DNA of 64,000 nucleotides from a virus: IMG/VR virus record IMGVR_UViG_3300025030_000046, positions 32,001 to 96,000 of that record; one strand, 5' to 3'. Shown piece by piece: positions 57,705 to 64,000 of this stretch (position 1 is its first letter; each line of letters starts with the position of its first letter). The notes under the pieces were generated by a model. It saw only the letters and a program-made list of their open reading frames with translations, ran no database searches and was not told where the DNA came from. The position numbers and the translations under genes were made by a program.

Positions 57705-57749
57705 AAATATAAAATAGTTATTGACATTTAATAGTATATTGTATATAAT
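57705..57749 (+). promoter_or_regulatory. Consensus sigma-A promoter starting the plus-strand arm
   Basis: AAAATATAAAA-TAGTTA then TTGACA(57721)-17-TATAAT(57744). Confidence 0.8.
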
Positions 57750-58121
57750 TGACTTTGAAGAGAGGTTATGCCTATGACTGATTCAGAAAAAACAGTTAGA
57801 AATATTGGTGCAACTAATGTGTGGAGCAAATTCAAGGATGAAATAGACTCAGAAGTTAAGCTAATTAGTAATAGTAGTGAATGTAGAACGTTAAGTAAGG
57901 AAGAAGCAGAAGAAATTTTAAAGAAGTATAGAAGTGAAATATAAAACTAGGAGAAGGATTATGGAAAACGAAAGTTGCAGGAATTGTGAAAATTATAATG
58001 GGTACTACTGTACTCTTTTAATAGAGTTAGATCCGTTAGAAGAAGCAGATGGATATTGTTTTAACTATAAATATAAAAGAGAGGTAAATCTTACATATGA
58101 TGAAAGCGAGGAATAATATTA

Positions 58122-59039
58122 ATGCTTGTTTGTAAAGTTGGAGATAAAGAAGTTAATACTATTGATTTTAATGGTAGTGATTTACGTTCGTGGTCAAATA
58201 AGAAAATTTTAAAATGTCCTATTTGCGACAATAAACTAATATATAAAAATGGATTAGTAAAAATACCTCATTTTGCTCATGTAAGTAATGATGATTGTCA
58301 TGATATTTATTATGAGAATGAAACCAAAGAGCATATGATGGGTAAGATGATTTTATATAAGTGGCTAAAAGAATTTCCTGATATTAAAGTTTGCAAATTA
58401 GAGGGATGGATTCCTGAAACTAAACAGAGACCAGATATATATTTAGAATTACAAGATGGTACAAAAATAGTGATTGAATTTCAGTGTACCCCAATAACAT
58501 TAGAGCAATATTTAAATAGGCATGACTTATATAGATTAATTGGCATTAATGATTTTTGGATATTAGGAACCGATAAGTATAAGTTGTTTAAATCTCAAAA
58601 AGGTAGACTAAGGGTATTACAAGAAGAATTGTTAAAAGAAAATAACTATGCTCTACATTTAGATTCATATAATGAGAAAATTTATAAATATTTTAATCTA
58701 AAAGAATTTAGAAATATTAACAAAAATATAAAAGATGTATTGTTTGATTATGATAATGTTTTTAATTTTAATATTGGTGATAATGTAGACATTTATGATC
58801 CATTTGAATACATGAAAGAAAAGTGTAAACAAGGTTATTTTCAAAGTAATAAAGATATGAATTTCCCGTTGTATAGAGTTTTAGAAAATACAACGGAAGA
58901 TAAATATGTAATTATAGGTGATTTCAAATACGAAAACCAAGCAAAGAATTATATTAATATGTATATAAAAGAACTTAGAAATAATTTTAAAATTATTAAA
59001 ATAGAAAAAGGAGATAGCTATGGGATCAGTAAAAATTGA
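58122..59039 (+). CDS. CoiA-like zinc-ribbon + PD-(D/E)XK nuclease
   Basis: CPIC...PHFAH...C...ETKEH; QRPDI...IEFQCT. Confidence 0.85.
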   Translation: MLVCKVGDKEVNTIDFNGSDLRSWSNKKILKCPICDNKLIYKNGLVKIPHFAHVSNDDCHDIYYENETKEHMMGKMILYKWLKEFPDIKVCKLEGWIPETKQRPDIYLELQDGTKIVIEFQCTPITLEQYLNRHDLYRLIGINDFWILGTDKYKLFKSQKGRLRVLQEELLKENNYALHLDSYNEKIYKYFNLKEFRNINKNIKDVLFDYDNVFNFNIGDNVDIYDPFEYMKEKCKQGYFQSNKDMNFPLYRVLENTTEDKYVIIGDFKYENQAKNYINMYIKELRNNFKIIKIEKGDSYGISKN

Positions 59040-60069
59040 TATTTATAAAGATGATAAAAAGTATTATGATACTTCGTATTCAAGTGAAGAGGATATATAT
59101 GACATTTTGTGGTTATTGGATATTATTCTTCAAGATGCACAAAAAGGAAATAAAGAAGCTTTAATTACTTTAAGAGATTTAAACAATTTAGATACAAAAT
59201 ATAATCCAGTATTTGATGAATATTGCTATATTCAAATGGGGTTTAGACCTATGAAACTTGAAGACCAAGGAAAAGAAATAATAGAAGTTGTAGCTAAAAG
59301 ACTAAATATGACAAAAGAAGAGTGTGAACGTAAGATGTTAGTTGCGGTATTACATATCAAGAAAACAAATTTAAACAATTGGTATGACTACATTAATAAA
59401 AATTATAAAAGTCATATAATTGCTGCGAGAAAAAAGAATTTTGTTGATTATCTTATATCTTTACCCAAAATAACTTTAGCCAGTCATGATGGGAGCAATA
59501 TTACGTCTGAGAGCTTGTGGCAGGTCGACTACTGCAAGAAATATGTAGTGGCTAAACATATTTACAAAGGAGATACTTATCCTGAAGATTTTCAAGAGTT
59601 AATTGAATTGCAAGGGAAAAATGAAATACTGGTTAAAGCTCTAAGTAAGAATAAAGATAAGACAAAAAACGAGAAAACAGAGTTAAGTAAAAGAATTAAG
59701 TTACAAAAGACATTGCAAGAAGATATTAATATTTTAAAAGATCATTATAGAATACCTAGAAATCATTATTATACCGAAAGTCAAGATGTTAGTTATAAAG
59801 AATTAATGTATTATAAGAAAAAATTGCCGCCACACGAAGAATATATTGAGCGAGAGTATGACAGTACAGAAGTATTAGATGAATGGCAAATAGAAAAAAT
59901 AAAAGATATAGCTAATAAAATTTTAACCAAAAGGCAGTTGGTTGTATTTAGTCTTTATTATGAGTCTAGATTAACTCAACGAGAGATAGCGAACATTCTC
60001 ACCGAAGACCAAGGTAATATTGCTCATGACTTAAAAAGAATTATAAAAAAAATTAAAGAAAATATATAA
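59020..60069 (+). CDS. Protein with C-terminal sigma-70 region-4-like HTH
   Basis: LTKRQLVVFSLYY...LTQREIANIL...QGNIA...RIIKKI. Confidence 0.7.
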   Translation: MGSVKIDIYKDDKKYYDTSYSSEEDIYDILWLLDIILQDAQKGNKEALITLRDLNNLDTKYNPVFDEYCYIQMGFRPMKLEDQGKEIIEVVAKRLNMTKEECERKMLVAVLHIKKTNLNNWYDYINKNYKSHIIAARKKNFVDYLISLPKITLASHDGSNITSESLWQVDYCKKYVVAKHIYKGDTYPEDFQELIELQGKNEILVKALSKNKDKTKNEKTELSKRIKLQKTLQEDINILKDHYRIPRNHYYTESQDVSYKELMYYKKKLPPHEEYIEREYDSTEVLDEWQIEKIKDIANKILTKRQLVVFSLYYESRLTQREIANILTEDQGNIAHDLKRIIKKIKENI

Positions 60070-60137
60070 AATGTTACATATTTTTGTAAGAGTGTATCCC
60101 TATATATGTAGGGGTAATTAATAATTGGAGGATATTA

Positions 60138-60941
60138 ATGTATTTAATATTATATAACAATACAAATATGAAATTAGAGTTATTCCCAACATTTAATGAA
60201 AGAGTTGAATATATAAATGAAAACTTATTCAACAATAAGGAACACGAAACATATTATAATATTTGCTCTAGAAACTTTAGTAATAAAGATCAGATAAAAA
60301 ATATAGAAAACAGATGGCTAGGTATTAAAGTTGTAAACAAACCTAATAAGGATGAAAAGTTAAAAGCCACTCTGAATTATATAGCTGGATATCTCTTAGG
60401 AGCAAAAGAGTATTCGATAAATAGCAAAATTAGAAGATATCTTGAATTGTCAAGATTGTCTGAACCAACTAAAAATGAGTTGGTGGAATTAAATAGTTTA
60501 AAAAACAATGTACTGTATTGTAAGAATTATAAAGCTAGAGATAACAGAAAAGATTTGATAATTATGATTAACTCTCATATGGAAGAACTCTTAAAGTACA
60601 ATTTGGATAAGCTAGAACAGATAGAAAACAGAGAGTACACAGAACAGTTTATGCATGACTACACTATTGACAGATTAAATGTTTGCAATGACATAAAAGA
60701 TAAAATATTAAGCATCGTGGATATCTTGCAAACTAACATAATTAAAAAAGAAACCCTATTCAGAGAAATACAAACTGAATATAAAAACATTCAGAACTCT
60801 GAGGATACAATAAAATATATTTCTAACATAATAAAAGATATAAAAAAAATATATTCAGACAATGTTTACTTAGAAAAGCAGATTGAATATCTAAATGATG
60901 AGTATTTAATGGCAACAGAATTCATTTATAATAACAATTAA
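60138..60941 (+). CDS. Hypothetical protein
   Basis: 267-aa ORF with GGAGG RBS. Confidence 0.75.
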   Translation: MYLILYNNTNMKLELFPTFNERVEYINENLFNNKEHETYYNICSRNFSNKDQIKNIENRWLGIKVVNKPNKDEKLKATLNYIAGYLLGAKEYSINSKIRRYLELSRLSEPTKNELVELNSLKNNVLYCKNYKARDNRKDLIIMINSHMEELLKYNLDKLEQIENREYTEQFMHDYTIDRLNVCNDIKDKILSIVDILQTNIIKKETLFREIQTEYKNIQNSEDTIKYISNIIKDIKKIYSDNVYLEKQIEYLNDEYLMATEFIYNNN

Positions 60942-61464
60942 AAACATAAAAGCTAACCCATTCTTACAGCCTTTTTAAGCGACTAAAATGCTTAAACGTA
61001 AAAGTATTCACGAAAAATTTTTTCATTTAACTATGGAGCTGTCAGAAAAACTCCATTTTTGAAAGTGGCTTGGCTGTAGGGTTTCAAAATGGCAAAATAA
61101 CGTTATTTTTAACGACGAGGTTCTGATATTATGGCAAAAGAAAAAGAAGAGTTTTTTACTCCTGAACGTTGCTTAAATTGTTTAGGAAAATGTAAAAAAG
61201 AAATGAATGTAATTTTTAAAGATGGATTTGAAAATGGTAGAAATAAAATACTGTGTGGCAAACAAGTAAAAACTAAAAAGGGGAATAAACTTGAAGCAAA
61301 TTAGTAAAGAGCTATTTCTAAAAGCGATTAAGGTTGGCAGAAGAGATTTAGTAGCTAAGACGAAGAATAAACATTATGGAATTGACAAAATTGAGTATGA
61401 AATAAGAAGGTTTATTAAGTAAAATATAAAATAATGAATAAAAGGGATTAAAGGAGAGAAAATT

Positions 61465-62097
61465 ATGGAGATGAGTATTACTAGAGGTTTATCTGAACTG
61501 AAACTACTTAAAGACAGAATAGAGCGAAAAATACAATCATCAAAGTATATCGTAGGCAATAAGAAAAGCAATAAGAAGATAGATGGGATTTATAGCAAGG
61601 AAGATTTGATTACTACAATAAAAGCTGACTATCAAAGTGTGCTAGATTTAATTAACAGAAGGAAAATAATTAAGTCCGAAATAGTTAAATCAAACGCTAA
61701 TACTATAGTTAAAATTTCTGGAAAAGAAATGACTGTTGCTGAAGCTATTGAAAGAAAAGAATCAATTCAATTTGAAAAGACTCTACTTAACACTATGGAG
61801 CAACACTATAGATTGGCAATTGCAAAAGTTGCATCTGAAAATGAAAAAGTACAAATAAATTTAGACAATCTGCTTAATACCACATTTGGTAAAGAGAATA
61901 AAAATAAGACGGCAGATAATGAGATTAAAATGATTTCAGAACCTTATCTTGAGCAGAATGAGTGGGAAGTAATTAATCCACTGAAGTTGCAAGATGAAAT
62001 AGAGAAATTAAAGACTGACATAGAAGACTTTTTGAACGAAGTGGACTTCATCCTATCGGAGTCAAACACGATTACTAAGATTCAGATACCTGAATAA
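61465..62097 (+). CDS. Helical coiled-coil protein resembling DIP1984/DUF6847-type family
   Basis: MSITRGLSELKLLKDRI...IVKSNANT...MTVAEAIERK...EVDFILSESN.IT; family call from memory. Confidence 0.6.
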   Translation: MEMSITRGLSELKLLKDRIERKIQSSKYIVGNKKSNKKIDGIYSKEDLITTIKADYQSVLDLINRRKIIKSEIVKSNANTIVKISGKEMTVAEAIERKESIQFEKTLLNTMEQHYRLAIAKVASENEKVQINLDNLLNTTFGKENKNKTADNEIKMISEPYLEQNEWEVINPLKLQDEIEKLKTDIEDFLNEVDFILSESNTITKIQIPE

Positions 62098-62110
62098 ACA
62101 GTTTAATATT

Positions 62111-62417
62111 TTGTAGTTATCCGAAAACTATAGACTTAAATCACCCAATTCTTCAGGGTATATTGAAGAAACAAGAAGAAAAATTAAGTTCTATATTCAA
62201 ATGGTGAATATTGATTTTATTATCTAATACTTACGTATACACGTAATAATGCGTAAAAGCTCAAAGATTAAATTTCAATATTTAAAGTTTAGAATTTAAA
62301 GCTCTTTTTGATTAAAGTTATAAATCATAAGTCTAAAAGTTCGATGAAATCCAAGATAAAAGGTTTAAGTGTTGATTTAATTGACTTATAGTAATCCTCT
62401 TGGCTGGATAGTTACAA
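62111..62417 (+). ncRNA. Putative about 310-nt multibranch structured RNA with heptamer repeats
   Basis: Terminal helix TTGTAGTTATCC/GGATAGTTACAA (2 G-U), nested helices, no ORF. Confidence 0.7.
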
Positions 62418-62470
62418 GTAAATTTTATAGATTAGTAAAAATATAAAAGGAATTAAAGGAGATTAATATT

Positions 62471-62650
62471 ATGGCAAAGGCAAAGATAAAAACATCAGAC
62501 TCAATATCTGTAGAGGGATACTTCGATAATGATAACTTGGCAATAGAAGTGGATGATATAGGTGTTAAAAATTTAAAAGATTTATTTATAAAATATAATG
62601 GTGAATACGTTACCATAACTATAAAGAAAAAAGATGAAATTATGAAATAA
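62471..62650 (+). CDS. YonK-like small protein (59 aa, below ORF-track cutoff)
   Basis: MAKAKIKTSDSISVEGYFD...KYNGEYVTITIKKKDEIMK with AAGGAG RBS; precedes a phosphoesterase, as I recall for SPbeta yonK-yonJ. Confidence 0.65.
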   Translation: MAKAKIKTSDSISVEGYFDNDNLAIEVDDIGVKNLKDLFIKYNGEYVTITIKKKDEIMK

Positions 62651-62761
62651 GAGGCGGATTATGCCATTTGACTTACTTTATGGTAAGAATGAGAAAACTG
62701 GAGACCCCTTACCTTATAAGTAGGGAACGTTAAATTAAGCAAGGTAGAAAACAAAACTACC

Positions 62762-63730
62762 TTGCTTTTCTATTATAAAAATTTAAGAATAAAGGAGTGT
62801 ATTCGTATAGAATCACTAATTGAAACTTGCTATAAAAAAATTAATCATGAAATTGATGATTCTTGGGATGATTTAGCTAAGAAGTATGGATTTAAGAATA
62901 ATGAAGCCATTCGTTGTTGGTTTAAAAAATATAGAAATGCTACTGGAGAGATAGGTACAAAAAATAAGACAAGAATATTACATATTTCGGACATGCATTA
63001 TCCATATAATGTACCAAAAGAAGTATTTAAAGATTATATTGGAAAAGTTGATATTCTTGTAATCAATGGAGATGAACAAGATTGCCAGAGCATTAGTAAA
63101 TTTAGAAAAAAATATAGAATACCTTTTGTCGATGAGATGATTGGTACTCGTCAAATGATAATTGATATTATTGGATATATAAAACCCAAGAAAGTTATAT
63201 TAAATTATGGAAATCATAATCAAAGATTGATATCTTATTTTAGTGATAAGGTTCATGAAGATTTATTAACATTAATGCCAGAAACAAATCTAGATTTTAT
63301 AGTAGACTTGGGATTTTGGAAGCATGATCATCAAAATAAAAGTAAAACATTTTTTGAACCACTAACTAAGGTATTTGATGGTATTCTTGATATTTCTTAT
63401 TCAAAGAGTTGGTGGAGAAAAGTTGGCAAAAGCATATTTTGTCATCCAAGAGCTTATAAGAGTGGTATTTTAGGCACTGTTGAAAAATCATATCTTTATT
63501 TTCTTCAATTGGGAGAAGATTTTGACACTATAGTTATGGCGCATACTCACCAGCAAGGATTTTGTAGATATGGTAAAACATATTTATATGAGAGTGGTGC
63601 ATTATGTCACGAACAAAGTTATTCTACTGATGGCGGAATGATGAAGCCACAGAGTAAGGGTTTCGTTTATATAGTTCAAGATATATACGGTAATTTAATT
63701 TACGATGAAAGTAAAATAATTTGTTTATAA
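62762..63730 (+). CDS. Metallophosphoesterase with N-terminal HTH-like region (true start uncertain)
   Basis: ISDMH, NGD, GNH, AHTH motifs. Confidence 0.85.
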   Translation: MLFYYKNLRIKECIRIESLIETCYKKINHEIDDSWDDLAKKYGFKNNEAIRCWFKKYRNATGEIGTKNKTRILHISDMHYPYNVPKEVFKDYIGKVDILVINGDEQDCQSISKFRKKYRIPFVDEMIGTRQMIIDIIGYIKPKKVILNYGNHNQRLISYFSDKVHEDLLTLMPETNLDFIVDLGFWKHDHQNKSKTFFEPLTKVFDGILDISYSKSWWRKVGKSIFCHPRAYKSGILGTVEKSYLYFLQLGEDFDTIVMAHTHQQGFCRYGKTYLYESGALCHEQSYSTDGGMMKPQSKGFVYIVQDIYGNLIYDESKIICL

Positions 63731-63760
63731 TCTAAAATATAAAAGAATAAAAGGAGAACA

Positions 63761-64000
63761 ATGATGGAATTAATCGAAAAAATAATTGTTGATGGTAACA
63801 AAATAGAGAAAAGATATTATATTAATGGAGTTTTAGTTCCAATAGAAGATTATGGTGATGCTTTGGAAGCTTGTGAAAATGAAGTAGATGAAAATTGTGG
63901 TTGTGAAAATGAGTATTCCGATTATGTTGATGAGTTGATGGATGATTGTATCGAAGACTGTATTGAAATAATGTCAAATCCAGAAGGTATTTGTGAAGAT
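63761..64000 (+). CDS. Acidic hypothetical protein, partial
   Basis: ATG after AAGGAG; open to window end. Confidence 0.7.
   Translation, partial: MMELIEKIIVDGNKIEKRYYINGVLVPIEDYGDALEACENEVDENCGCENEYSDYVDELMDDCIEDCIEIMSNPEGICED

Larger units (their letters stand above)
1..64000. mobile_element. Large SPbeta-like temperate phage/prophage segment (replication, accessory and lysogeny modules); ends not in window
   Basis: Phage replication gene set, dense co-oriented small ORFs, CI/LexA-like repressor, MrpR/YopQ/YonK-like genes, no host housekeeping operons. Confidence 0.88.

Overview
AT-rich 64-kb segment of a large temperate phage or prophage from a Clostridia-like Firmicutes host, organised like the SPbeta family. 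No virion structural genes fall in the window. From 1 to about 57.4 kb almost all genes are on the minus strand. These include a replication/recombination module (PD-(D/E)XK nuclease, primase, DnaB-like helicase, SSB, ERF-like annealase, HD protein) and about 47 kb of mostly small accessory ORFs. Recognisable accessory genes are a frameshifted C5-methyltransferase, vWA, macrodomain plus WGR-PARP, LemA, 3D-domain protein, metallophosphoesterase, YodL, TrmH, NAD ligase, an N6-MTase and an LPD29-like protein. The minus-strand arm also holds a lysogeny module (CI/LexA-like repressor, dead-integrase MrpR/YopR-like protein, DGQHR/YopQ-like protein), a 1.7-kb non-coding gap, a P-loop protein, an HNH-like protein and a tyrosine recombinase. 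After about 57.7 kb the genes switch to the plus strand. The most notable unannotated structure was found by reading the DNA by hand. (1) About 50 copies of an 18-bp palindromic site, WTNAAA-N6-TTTHAW, sit at gene junctions across the accessory region. Five of them have a second 11-7-11 palindrome exactly 14 bp away, suggesting a recombinase-driven, integron-like cassette array. (2) About 30 same-orientation copies of TATAACAG are confined to 38.4-51.9 kb. (3) A cluster of tRNA-shaped RNAs carries large inserts. (4) A roughly 310-nt structured RNA with 7-nt periodic repeats lies downstream of a coiled-coil gene. (5) An AAAATATAAAA box is tied to sigma-A promoters. All counts are manual and family calls come from motif recognition, not database searches.
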